Assembly (NCBI GenBank): GCA_032718475.1
Contig: JAUCBJ010000064.1
Span: 1-64,000 of the forward strand
Origin: Nemertoderma westbladi
Taxonomy: Eukaryota; Animalia; Xenacoelomorpha
Reading direction: 5' to 3'
Length of the DNA stretch: 64,000 bases
This document shows positions 1 through 11,610 of this stretch, one piece after another (position 1 is the stretch's first letter; every line of letters begins with the position of its first letter). The notes beneath the pieces were generated by a model that was given only the letters and a program-made list of their open reading frames with translations, was not told where the DNA came from and made no database searches. Both the position numbers and the translations under genes were made by a program.

Positions 1-1343
1 GCTCCCATGCTATGCATGACTCAGGGAAGGCGAGACTGAACAGGTCGCCCTGGATGTCCCGAACCTCATTGTGGCGGAGGGTTACCAGGCGCCCCTTCTT
101 GCAATCGAGCGTGTGGGTTGTGGTAAATACTTCCCTGCAACCATCACACCTCGCATGGGCACCAACCAGGGGACGTCCATATCGGAGGTAAAGACCATCC
201 CGGAATTCATTGGCAGACAGGTAAAAGTGGTGACATCAGACTGGGGCGACCGTGAACCAGCCTGAGGTCCGTTCCGAAGCATCGTTCAGGGGGGGGGGGG
301 GGGGGCAGTCGGACACTTTCCCATTCACCTCCTCCTCCTTGGGCTGTTTCTGGAGACGTTGTTTGTTCTTGGCTTCCTTCAGGCAACTCATGTGGTCTGC
401 GTGTGAGAAAACAGTGTCACCTTTGATAGCAGCGACTGCCACTGCAGTACCTTCATGCAAAGTCGTGTAAGAGAGTGAAGCTGTCTCACAAGGGTTCCAG
501 ATAACCAGCCCCCAGACCGCGGTGGTAGTGCGAAAAACTCTCGCTCTAAAGCAGTTGACAGAGCGTCTAGGATGGCAGGGATGAACGAATCTGCAACTAC
601 TCGTTCAATGGATGTATAGGGCGAAGGGTCCTAATCCAACGTGACAGGAATGACTCGCTGTAGGTAGTCCCATTCACATTGCAGACTCCTGGTGAATGCA
701 GCATAAGCAGCCTGTGGCTGATTGGTACCAACACTGGCTAATCTAGACACTGCACACTCCCATGTCGCTACCTTCCCGGAGATATACTCGGCCTGGAGGG
801 AAGCATCACCCACAAAGCCGCCCAGAGTACGAGTGCCCTTTACAATTCCTCGTCCATCCACCCTAACCCCAAGGTCACGGAACAACTCTTGGGCTAGGGT
901 AACATCACAGTCCTCAACAACCAACATACACTTGTCAGGCTCTGGGTAATAGCTGTAGGAGGGGCCGAGCTCCTTGAGGAGAATAAACCACTCGAGCAAG
1001 TCAGATAATGTAGTGGCATTCTGAGCATCGTCAGCGAACCATACTTGAGTCCATGCCACTGAATTCTTTAGCTTAATAATGAGGGAATACACCACGACCG
1101 CGTAACCTAGCATCGCAAAGGGGTCCCCCTGCGTCCAACCTTCCCTACTAGGTAGGGTGACCGCCCCTCGCCCACCATGGATAATAAGGGAGGCATACCC
1201 CCGGTATGTGTTGAACAAGAAGCGGGACTCGCGTGGCCAAAGCATACGAAAGTTCCAGAGTGCTGTCACTCGGTTTACTGCGTTAAAAGCGTTTCTAGCG
1301 TCGACTAGTAAAACGCCCCAACCATCACCCTGGTGTTCCTCCC
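1..1343 (-). mobile_element. Degenerate CRE-clade non-LTR retrotransposon fragment (RT plus C-terminal Cys/His region)
   Basis: ORF 631-1269: EGWTQGDPFAM, WFADD, YYPEPDKC, RTLGGFVG, QPQAAYAAF. A broken downstream frame reads FRDGLYLRYG..CDGC..HTLDCKKG..RHNEVRD, typical of CRE-like elements. Stops and frameshifts present; cut at ~1344 by a MITE. Confidence 0.8.
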
Positions 1344-1347
1344 ATAA

Positions 1348-2823
1348 CCCTGTTAGTACCGGGCTATAAAATGTTGTACAAATACCGGGGGGGGGGGTGG
1401 GGGGGTCATATTGACCCCCCCCCCCCCCCCCCCCTCTAAAATCTACAAATATTTACGAAAACGTCTGATTTTTTGTTTGTACGTAGGTATCACTTGTCTG
1501 GATCCGACCGAAAAAAAATTTTTTCGAAAAAATGTACTGGTGTGGTTATATTGCGGCACCAAAATTACAAGTAGTGCGCAATTTTCACAAAATTTGACAG
1601 TTACATTTTCGGCTAATTATTTTTCAATATAGGTTTTCTGGGGTGTAAAATACATTAGAAAATATTTAAAAATGATATGATTACTATAAATGGCTGTTTA
1701 GTCCTCTCTGCGTAGGAAAAAAATGAAAAAAACAAGTAACCAGCACTTTTCAGTTAGAACACACAATTGTTAATTCTCTTATACGATGCTATAAATTCCC
1801 ATTTTCAGGTTTTCGAGGGCGCTGATTCTAATGGAATACATTTCTAATATGCCAGATCATTGCTACTTGTATTTGTCGGCGTAATTTGGCAAATTTTGTT
1901 GCTAGCACCAAATTTCGTACCCATCACCAAAAAGTACAATTTTGAGATGTCCAGTGCTGTTTTTATAGATTCCATCGGATTCAGGACCCTCATAAACCCG
2001 TATAACGCAAGAAACAAGGTGATACTATCTACTGATCAATTTGCATATTTTCCAAAATTTGGTGCTGGCACAACAATTTTCACCCACCGGCGAAAAATAC
2101 AAGTTTGAGAACTCTTATGAAATTTTTTCTGATTCCATTAAATTCAGAACCATCACAAACCCGTATAACGCAAGAAACAAGGTGACACAATCAATTGATA
2201 TATTTTGATGGTTTTCAAAATTTGGTGCTAGCACCACATTTTGCACCCACATCCGAAAAATACAAGTTTGAGATGTCTAGTTCGATAATTATATATTCCA
2301 TTGAATTCAGAACAGCCATAAACCTCTAAAACGGAAGAAATAAATTGTCACAAGCAATTTTATCTATTTCACAATTTCGTGCTAGCACCAAAATTTGCAC
2401 ACAGCATCGAAAAATACAAGTTTGATACGCTTGGTGCAACTCGTATATATTTCATCGAATCCAGAACCCAAAAAACCCCAATTGCGTAAAAAACAAGTTT
2501 CAAACAATCAATTTACAAAATTGACATATTTCAAAATTTGGTGCTGGCACCAAAATTTGGCACCCACCGAAAAAAACAAGTTTGAAATTTCTAAATCAAT
2601 TTATATGAATTCCATCCTCCATCCAATTTCTAACACCAAAAAACCGGTGTAAATCAAAAATAGAGATGTTACAATTCATATTTAATGAAATGTAATTTTC
2701 AAAAAACGTCTCAAAAAAAGTGCCAAAAGTAGGGTTAAAAAATGGTGCTATAACTCGAAAAGTACCAAATATTTTTGAAAACGGTTTTCACTACTAGGAA
2801 GACAATATATTTTTCGGAAAAGT
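1348..2823 (-). mobile_element. Truncated inverted copy of the piggyBac-like non-autonomous element at 61598-63177
   Basis: Starts (ATAA)CCCTGTTAGTACCGGG and is the near reverse complement of ~61692-63177 (ORFs 1860-2108 and 62411-62659 are almost the same peptide). Other terminus missing. Confidence 0.8.
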
Positions 2824-3029
2824 ACTAGGCTGGCAATTGCCTCTCTGAGTCGGGAACTGCCTGTTCTGCGGTAGAGGAGCATATCCTGCCAATGCACTGA
2901 GTCTGCGCCACCCAGTCCAGCACCCCTTCAAAGCTTACGGGCCACAGTCTGTATTATAGAAGGCAGTCACCTGCCTTCTATAATGCATTTTGCAACACAG
3001 AAGTTTTAAGATCACAATTATATTGAGCA

Positions 3030-3190
3030 TATTGGAAGTGTGCTGAACATACGTGGTCGGGAGACTGAATAAAAGGCCTTGAAGAAGTCAACAAAGATGC
3101 CAGACAGATGCCCGTCTTTCTTTTTTGATAACTCTTCAATTATCCTTCTAAGTGCTAAAATGGGCTCCTTTGTCCCACGACCTTTTCGGC
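3030..3190 (-). mobile_element. RTE-clade LINE RT fragment
   Basis: Reverse complement matches ~23770-23930 of the RTE copy (KGRGT..PILALRRIIEE..FVDFFKAF). Confidence 0.7.
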
Positions 3191-4344
3191 TGCATTGCGA
3201 ATAGCATTGCGTGTTTTTATAATTTTTATGCGTAGAGGAGCCGTTGTTTCTCGTACGTAGTTTACAACTTTACGAGTACACTGACTATATGCAATATATT
3301 CTTTCGGTATTTAAATATTATTTTACTACTCTTTGTTTTTGGTGGTTAAACTATTCTAATTATTTTTGGTGCTATTTAAGTCTTAAAAATTCTATATCTT
3401 TAGTGCTTAAAAGATATTTCTAGAACTCGTTTGACGGTCACTAACAGAGATAGGCGTAGCATTAAACATTATTTAAAATTATTTCTAGGTTGGCCTTTCC
3501 AAGACCTACCGGTAACAACAACCGCTGTTGTAGCATTTTACATTATCTTAATCTGTTAGATTTATGTGCTGACTCCCTTATTAAAGTTTGTGTTCTAGCC
3601 CCGCCTATGAGGCTAAAAAATTACTATTTTACTTCAATACTTCTTATTCTCTAGCACTTTATAGTATTAGGCTATTTCAAGGCATTTAAAGATCCGAGCG
3701 GTAGTACATAATACCGCTACATATTATTTACATTTTGTGTCTTGAAAAAACGCGCAACAATGACAATTGATTCAATATAATTAGTACTTCTTCGTTTTTT
3801 ATTGCCGCAGCCAAATTATATTGAGCGTGGATGGTGAATGTTGCTGTCGCCATGTGGATCATGGTAGAAGCTGACAGGAAACAATGGAGAAACATTTATA
3901 GGTTTATGCAGAAAACATTTTTGATGGTTTTATATCTAGCATACATAGCATTTGGAATGTTTTTAATATAAATTATGTTCATATTGAATATGTGCATTCT
4001 TTAAAATTTCTTGGACATTTAATAGGCGTCTGATTTTAGTGATGATTGTGACATTAAGGGGGGGGGGGGGGGGGGCAAAAAGTTTTTTATTTTTTTTTAT
4101 CACATGCCGAATTTAATGGAGATTTCAAATCTGCAAGAAATTTTCTCTTATCTTTTCTCAAACTAATTAAAACCAATTAAGTAATTTCTACGCTAGAGCT
4201 AACATACTGATTCGTAAGTTTTATTTCTGCTTTCTATTTTTGCTAATTGTTTAGGTCTTAGTAGTCTTTTATGTACATTTCAATTTGACAGAGAATCAAT
4301 GGGTGTGGTGATTTACTCTAACCTTGGCGCTCACCTAGGAAATA

Positions 4345-5160
4345 TTACTACTGATATCGGCGTGCTGCATTGCAGCTGCATTATATATATTACATATATA
4401 TTAAGTATGATGTGCCAGCTTGTCGACAAAATTTAGCCGCCTCAACTCTCTATCACCCATGACATTTGCAGATCATCTTTAACACCAGTGTCCTTCATGA
4501 TGGTCTCAAGAAAGTCATGGGCTGTACACCATACTTCACTCATGAGGCTGCCAAAGCACAAGATTATGCACTGGCTGGTCCTCACGGCGAAAGCAATGTC
4601 CTGCAAAGCGGAGGCGATTTTGTTCTAGTGTCAAGCTTGGGGGAACCAATGAGACACCTCCAATGTTATATAGTGTCTGGTTGGAGATGTGTGCATTGTA
4701 CTTGACACAATGAACACGGCGTAGCATTCTTGTGAATGTGCCATCCAGAGATTTGGTGTCCTCAGCAGTTAGAGCCCAGCATGGGCTCCCATAGAGGAGT
4801 ACTGGAACTACTGCTGCTCTAAATAATCGGACCTTAAGTTTCTGATTAATTCTCGGTGACTCCCAAATCTTGGAAAGCCTATTCAAGGCGGCCCATGCCT
4901 TTCCCTTACGTATTCGAAGGTCCTCACCTGACTTCCGGATCCATGATCCTAGGTAACAGAAGTCGTCCACATGCTCAAGCATACCATCCTTTGAGCTTAT
5001 GCTCATCCGATCAGAGACTTGCTGAGGACTTTCAAAGTTAACTGTCAAAATTTTGGTCTTTCTGGAGTTAATAAAAAGACCAACACTAGAAGCAGCACGT
5101 TCTAATGAGCGGAGGAGCCGTTGGGCTCCCTCTAGTGATTCTGAGAGTACTCCTAAGTCA
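4345..5160 (-). mobile_element. 5'-truncated RTE-clade LINE, 3' end
   Basis: ORF 4536-5192 is nearly identical to the C-terminal part of the RTE at 24215-24980 (FCYLGSWI, LLYGSPCW, RLRFAGHC). Same 3' UTR (GCAGCTGCAATGCAGC) with a short TAG-type tail. Confidence 0.85.
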
Positions 5161-5595
5161 TCATCATGTAGGTGGCAAATTTTCTTGATCATTGACCTAG
5201 AATACCTGACATGACCTTTAATAAGAATTCGTCATATTTCATTTATAATTTATAATATTTGTGTAATTCAACTTTCAATTATATATTAAATAAATACATG
5301 TTACTCACTCTCACACGTTCTATCAATCAAAATGATGATGTTTTCTGCAATTATTTTATAAAAAATGGTTCATAATTTCGATTTAAATATCCTACTGTTA
5401 ATATATTCAAAGTTAATAAAACGTCAATGATTTTATTTAATTGACATTTTAAAGTACCAATACTGTGGATGGATTTATCCCACTGGTTTTGCAAGAAATA
5501 CTATAATTATATTTTTGACATGTAAAATTAATTGTAAATAAATTGAATATAAGTAGAACTCCACAATACTAATCCACTATCGATAATCTATAATT

Positions 5596-5790
5596 TAGTT
5601 TTAGTTTTATGCCTGGAGCTGGACTGTATGGTGTGGTGTGGTGTCTGTATATGATCCTAAACAGTGAACATATATGGTTGAGCGACTAGTTTTGGTTTTA
5701 TGCCTGGAGCTGGACTGTATGGTGTGGTGTGGTGTCTGTATATGATCCTAAAGAGTGAACATATATGGTTGAGCGACTAGTTTTGGTTAG
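5596..5790. repeat. Tandem duplication, two copies of ~91 bp
   Basis: TAGTTTT(A/G)GTTTTATGCCTGGAGCTGGACTG...GGTTGAGCGAC occurs twice back to back. Confidence 0.85.
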
Positions 5791-5935
5791 GTTAGGTTTA
5801 TGTTCTTCTATCATTGTATGTATCAGTAGCTTAGCTGGTGACCTATGCTGATAGGTTTGGAATGCAACTGTGTGCTTTCGATTTTCGCCATCCGTTTGGC
5901 AAGCTAGTTGAGATACGTCTGTCTAATTGTCTGTA

Positions 5936-6218
5936 CATTTATTATAGGAAGGGATCTAGGGGTCTTAACCTCGAATGATAAGTTTATTTTACCGAAAATA
6001 TCTTATCTTTTATTGGCGCAATTGTAGGACTAATCCCATCACATGCGTACTTTTTAACCGGGTAGTGTACAAATTTAGGAATCGCGTAATTTTTCTTGAA
6101 ATTAATATCTCATAACTCTCCAAACCACGTACATAAAAAGATAAAAGATAAGTTATTTTCGGTAAAATAAACTTATCATTCGAGGTTAAGACCCCTAGAT
6201 CCCTTCCTATAATAAATG
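5936..6218. mobile_element. MITE with ~78-bp terminal inverted repeats and TA duplication (Tc1/mariner-type)
   Basis: TA|CATTTATTATAGGAAGGGATCTAGGGG... and ...CCCCTAGATCCCTTCCTATAATAAATG|TA are near-perfect inverted arms around a short spacer. Confidence 0.85.
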
Positions 6219-6499
6219 TATAATAACAAATACCTCGATAAATACAGCTTGCCAACACATTGTTGCTATCAATAATTGTCTGTAGTGTGTTCTGTTCAAT
6301 AGGCCCAAGAGTCAGACTCTATCAGCAGTCAAATGAAACTGTAATAGTTGACCTACAATAATCTTGTGTCTAGCAGGATGTATACAGGGTAAGGACAGGC
6401 AGATCACCGCCAATAAATAATTCTGGCTTATTCTCTCTCTGCTGCATTACAAAACTCGATCCAATTGGCCACTCGGCAACAAATAATTTATCCTTGATA

Positions 6500-7380
6500 G
6501 AGTCTCGGACCGAACCCAGGGGGTGGACAGAGAGCCGGACCAAACCAACGGGGCGGACAGAGTCCCGGACCGAACAAGGGGGCGGACAGAGTCCCGGACC
6601 GAACCCAGGGGGTGGACAGAGAGCCGGGCCGAACCAAGGGGGCGGACAGAGTTCCGGACCGAACAAGGGGGCGGACAGAGTTCCGGACCGAACCCAGGGG
6701 GCGGGCAGAGTCCGGACCGAACAAGGGGGCTGACAGAGTCCCGGAACGAACCCAGGGGGTGGACAGAGACCCGGGCCGAATCAAGGGGGCGGACAGAGAC
6801 CCGGACCGAACCAAGGCAAGGGGGTGGACAGAGACCCGGGCCGAATCAAGGGGGCGGACAGAGACCCGGACCGAACCAAGGCAAGGGGGCGGACAATTAC
6901 CCACATTTGGCTTATGGGGCGGACAGAGACCCGAACCGAACCCAGGTAGGTGGTGGACAGAGACCCGGACCGAACCAAGGGGGCGGACAGAGACCCGGAC
7001 CGAACCAAGGGGGCGGACAGTGTCACGGACCGAACCCAGGGCGCAGACAAAGTCATGGACCGACCCAGGGTGCGGACAGAATCCCAGACCGAACCCAGGG
7101 GGTGGACAGAGACCCGGACCGATCCAAGGGGGCGGACAGAGACCCGGACAGAACCAAGGGGAAGACAATTACCCACAGTTGGCTTATGGGGCAGACAGAG
7201 ACCCGCCCCGAACCCAGGTGGCGGACAGAGACCCGACCCTAACCCAGGTGGCGGACAGAGACCCGGACTGATCCAAGGGGGCGGACAGAGACCTGGACAG
7301 AACCAAAGGGGCGGACAATTACCCACAGTTGGCATATGGGGCAGACAGAGACCCGAACCGAACCCAGGGGGGGGGGGGGC
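6500..7380. repeat. GC-rich minisatellite, ~30-31-bp unit
   Basis: Unit ~GGACAGAGACCCGGACCGAACC(A/C)AGGGGGC, with interspersed variant GGACAATTACCCACAGTTGGCTTATGGGGC. Explains the stacked repetitive ORFs. Confidence 0.95.
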
Positions 7381-7439
7381 ACAGCCACACAGTGGATTCT
7401 AGACAATGTACAGTAACACATAAAGATGAAAGTTCACTT

Positions 7440-7840
7440 ACTCAAAAATGGTACGCTATGGTGATGGAAGCTTTGCTGGGCGACCTAAATAGTTAAGAGA
7501 TTATTGGGAGGTGGTGAACTCAATAGGGCCAGGATATGGGTATTTCCCATATCATATGAAATCTACTTTATCGTAAAGGAAGAGCACAGAGCTCAGGCAG
7601 AGGCGATTATAGCAGGAACCGGCATCCAACTTCCCTATGGACACCGGGTACTTGGATCTGTAATAGGTTCTCAGCCAGCCTGTCAGATATTCATATCACA
7701 GCGAGTCGGCCAACTACAAAAGGAGTTACCTTGATTAAATGATTTCGCAGGTTCAGCCCCACACCCCGTTTACAGCTGCCTAATGTATGCAGCCAAAGTT
7801 TACTTATCTCTCTCGTACAACCCCTGATTTCGTGGAAAAC
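7440..7840 (+). mobile_element. Second, divergent CRE-like RT fragment (decayed)
   Basis: IVKEEHRAQAEAIIAGTGIQLPYGHRVLGSVIGS matches the post-YADD region of CRE-like RTs and corresponds to the LVVED..RTLGGFVG region of the first fragment. Confidence 0.6.
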
Positions 7841-7938
7841 TTGTTCCATTTGTGCGTTTGCTTTTGATTTATTATAGCATTGTTATTATTATTTGAAATA
7901 ATATTATTTATTTTGTTCATATATTATATTCAATAATT

Positions 7939-8774
7939 ATGAAACACTTATGGATTCTTACATCACTTGTGGCAGTTGGCTACGGTTTGAGTTGCCACAG
8001 TGCCGGACCAGATGGAAAAATGAGTAGAGATGGTTGCGTACGATGTGTTGTAAGTCTTCAGCAATAAATATTAGACTATCTGTACAAGTGTAATAGTTTG
8101 GAAGGGGACAGACATGATGGATTAGGTTTAATGGGTCGAACCAATAACTACAACTACTATAGTCGGCCTACAGCTTTGAAACTGCACATTGAGATGCTAT
8201 GCCGGTTTGACAAAAACATTTTGTCACATTTTGTAGAAGTAGGGGTCCATGGTTCCAATGTTGGAGACTTTCAGAAAGTTGGTCCATGGTCCTCGGGTCC
8301 ATGTTCTGCGGATGGAGGCTGTCAGACTGGGCGGGGTCCATGGTTCCGGGGATGGAGGCTGTCAGACAAGGTGGGGTCCATGGTTCTGGGATGGCGGCAT
8401 TCAGAGAAGGTAGGGTCCATGGTTCCGTTCATGGAGGTTTCCATACAAATTTCGCCCCTGGCACGCCCTGATGACCCCCCCCCCCCCCCCCTCCATTGAA
8501 TTAATAAATTAAATTATAATTTCTTGTATTCGAATGTATTGCTCTGTTGTGTTATTGTACGACAATGTTATTATTTCAGACTATGACCATAGTCCACCAT
8601 GGCGGAATCCCTCCAACCACAATGCCAATGTGTTTACCTAAAGACGCCCCTCTATCTGACACCGAATGCAACACAATAGAGACCTACATTTGTGCTGGAC
8701 AAATAGGCGACCCTAGTGCACCTCCAGACACTTCTTGTAGTGTCACTTGCTGTGATGAAGACCTTTGCAACTAA
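7939..8774 (+). CDS. Secreted Ly6/uPAR (three-finger) protein, 2 exons (7939-8049, 8580-8774), 101 aa
   Basis: Exon 1 MKHLWILTSLVAVGYG-LSCHSAGPDGKMSRDGCVRCV, then GTAAGT. Phase-0 intron ends TTATTTCAG. Exon 2 TMTIV...CSVTCCDEDLCN*. Signal-peptide-like start, 10 Cys, terminal CCxxxxCN, AATAAA at 8926. Confidence 0.85.
8240..8440. repeat. Intronic degenerate tandem repeat (~38 bp)
   Basis: Recurring GGGTCCATGGTTC(C/T)G...GATGGAGGC...TCAGA units. Confidence 0.75.
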
Positions 8775-9512
8775 AAATTAATTCTTCAAATAGAATAGGA
8801 CAATCTACTTTCTTTTTGAATGTTAGGTGATGGAATTTAAAAATAATTAAAAGGTCTAAAAAACAACCAACTGTATTGGGTTAGCCTGTGTAAAGTAAAT
8901 ACAACTATATATCTTCTTAACAAACAATAAAAATTCATTTCATTGTTAAAAATTCAAAAAAACATTTGTGAGGTTTGATCAAGAAACCGACCTACGGTTA
9001 CAAAGAATAATTTTGTGTTTTTTTATTGATTCAAATACACATTTTTATGCTGAATCGAACACTGAAAACAGATTTCAAATCCGATAAAGTGTTGTCGAGA
9101 TATTGAGTTTTGAAAATTAGTAGTCTTATGACCACATATTAACAAAGTTTTGAGAAAAACGCCTTTCAAGTTATGAGAGTTTCAAACGTTCCCGCCAATT
9201 TTCTGTAATTGGGGGATTTTCAAATGTTAACTTTTACGATATTTCAAAGCAGACGTTTGTAAAAAATTAGGTATATACGTCAGAATTCTGATACACATCA
9301 GTGTATGGAACTTTGGCGACAATATTTTAATTTTTATTTCTATTGGAGGTCACTCTGTCTGTTTTTCTGAATACTTGTCTGTTTGTCTGTCAAAAATGTA
9401 ACAAATAAATAAATAAAGCACCACCACCTACATTTTTTTGCTAGCAATTAACATTCAGCGAGTTAGCGTATTAGTGTATTTGCGGACTTATAATCATTTA
9501 GCACTTGGTAGT

Positions 9513-10738
9513 TGTAAAAGCTTTTGCTGAATTGTCCGGTTATTTTTCCTTATTTTTCCCGTAAAATACTCTGTAGTTGGTTTACCAGGCATAAAAAGGC
9601 CGTGTCCTTGCTGTACTGGTGTTTTAGCGGACATAAAAGCTATTTCTTCTGTATTTGTACTTTAGAGGACATAATCCGTAATTCCGTGACGTAAAAGCTC
9701 GATACTCTTGAAAACAGTGTCGCTACCATGACGACGGCTAGCAGCTGATATTGCCACGTCGACGTTTCTTTGTTTCTCTGTTCTCTCGTTGTTCAGGTTG
9801 ACCAATCAGAGCGTTTGTTATCTCTGTGTTGGAGGTATATACAGAAACTCAGTAGTTCAGTGTTATGGTTTTTGCCCAGAGCCTAAGAACCGGCTTTGGC
9901 ACCACCGTGTTTTCAGTTTTTAGTCTTACACTAGTAGGTTTAATTATAAAGGGCATATATCCTTTAACTGACATACCGATCAAACTCATGGAATCACTGC
10001 TGACTGATCATACATGCTGACTGCTGAAACATTGCAAACTCATAACAATCAGTGTTTTCATTGTTGTTTTATACTGCTATTTACCGTCAGTTCTTCATAA
10101 TATGGTTGATGAATAATTATATTTGGAATAACGATAAATAACCCCGAAACCCAATATTCTTGATATACCGAAGGTAAGAGAGAAGGGTTACAGATAAACG
10201 ATTGTGACTTATATTAAAGTGGTTTGAAGTGAATCTAATGTTATTTGATAGACCCTACATGAGTCAGTCTGTGTTCCTTTTATATGTGACTAAAATCAGT
10301 GAAGATTGGCAGATTAGTGTGCAGTATTGTGCAGCATTGTGTATGAGTGAGTCTGTTAAAGAAGCAATTCCTAAAGAATGCGCCATATATGTGAATTATA
10401 ATTAAGCCATATCGTTGTGAGTAGTTTAAGTCATAACTCTGTTTATATAGATAAAGCGCCACGTCCTAAAGGAACTGTTAATATTACCGAAGGTGAATAA
10501 TATTGTCAGAGATTATATAATACTGTCAGTCGAATAATACATTAGGCTTACATAGCAACAAAATTAAACCGTCGAACCCAATCTCCCGGGAATATCCAGC
10601 GGGTGAATGGTCGTGCACGGATTGGTTTCGACTAGTGTAGTGAATCAAATACTTGTCATAGACTAAAAAACCGATTTAATATCTAGCAGACATCTTAATT
10701 TGGTGGGTTAAACTGCCAAAGGTCTGAAAGCGCGAACA
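9513..10738 (+). repeat. 5' LTR of element A (1226 bp)
   Basis: Direct repeat of 20408-21633 with only two substitutions noticed by eye. TATA-like TATATA at 9836 followed by TCAGT initiator-like motifs. Confidence 0.95.
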
Positions 10739-11042
10739 TTAAAGGATATCGCTTCTTTGTTGCAGTAAGCAATAAAGTTGAAAGTACCGGTCAACCGGTA
10801 AACCTGAACCGGTACATTCTGTAGGTCAGTAGGCCTAACTGTTCTAACCGGTACTTCCGTATAAGTACACTAGTATTATTCGATTTGATTGTTGTATACC
10901 GGTACCGGTAGGCTGTTTAGGGGATTAGGGATTGATCACCCCTTATTCCTTTATATGGTTTACTTATTTCTGTCAAGTTTTATTTATTTGTAGGCCAGTA
11001 TTGAACAGAAGGCGTGTAAGCCTGATCAGATTGTACAGACGA

Positions 11043-11610
11043 TTTGTAGGCTGAGCTGTTGTCTGATTGCTGTTAAGTCCGAACGGATTGCAGTGTGTGT
11101 AGATCACCTGTCCGATTAAGTACGATTAGGCAGTAGGGGCAGTGAACACTGTAAGGTAAACCCCCAACTAAAGAATAAGTCGCACTACTGGGTTAGAGCG
11201 CATACTCCCTAATCATTTCAGAGTCTGCATGTCCTGTGGTTTATTTAGGCTTGAGAGTGGTCTGCCATCGTTTAGTCTGTACTTTGTTTGTGTAAGTCTG
11301 TACGGGTAGCGTATAATTTTATTTAGATAATTTGTAGGCTGGATAGTTGTCTGGCTGTTATTAGGTCTGAACGGATTGCCGCGTGTGTAGATCATCTGTC
11401 CGATTAAGTACGGTTAGGCAGTAGGGGCAGCGAACGCTGTAAGGTAATCCCCCAACTAAAGAATAAGTCGCACTACTGGGTTAGAGCGCATACTCCCTAA
11501 TCATTTCGGAGTCTGCATATACCGTAGTTTGTTTAGGCTTGATAGTAGTCTGTCAGTGTTCGGTCTGTATTTTGTTTGAGTAGTTTGTACGCGTAGCGTA
11601 ATATTTATCA
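11043..11610. repeat. Two-copy ~288-bp tandem duplication in the leader of element A
   Basis: TTTGTAGGCTG...CCCCAACTAAAGAATAAGTCGCACTACTGGGTTAGAGCGC...GTAGCGTA begins at ~11043 and again at ~11331. Confidence 0.85.

Noticed and set aside
287-305. Long poly-G/poly-C runs here and throughout the window
   Set aside because: Lengths differ even between paired LTRs, consistent with slippage or sequencing error; no specific function supportable.
6370-7421. Overlapping 100-240 aa ORFs on both strands
   Set aside because: Translations of a stop-poor GC-rich minisatellite.
8960-9305. Tc1-like transposon remnant ending CAGTG|TA
   Set aside because: Only one plausible terminus found; insufficient support.
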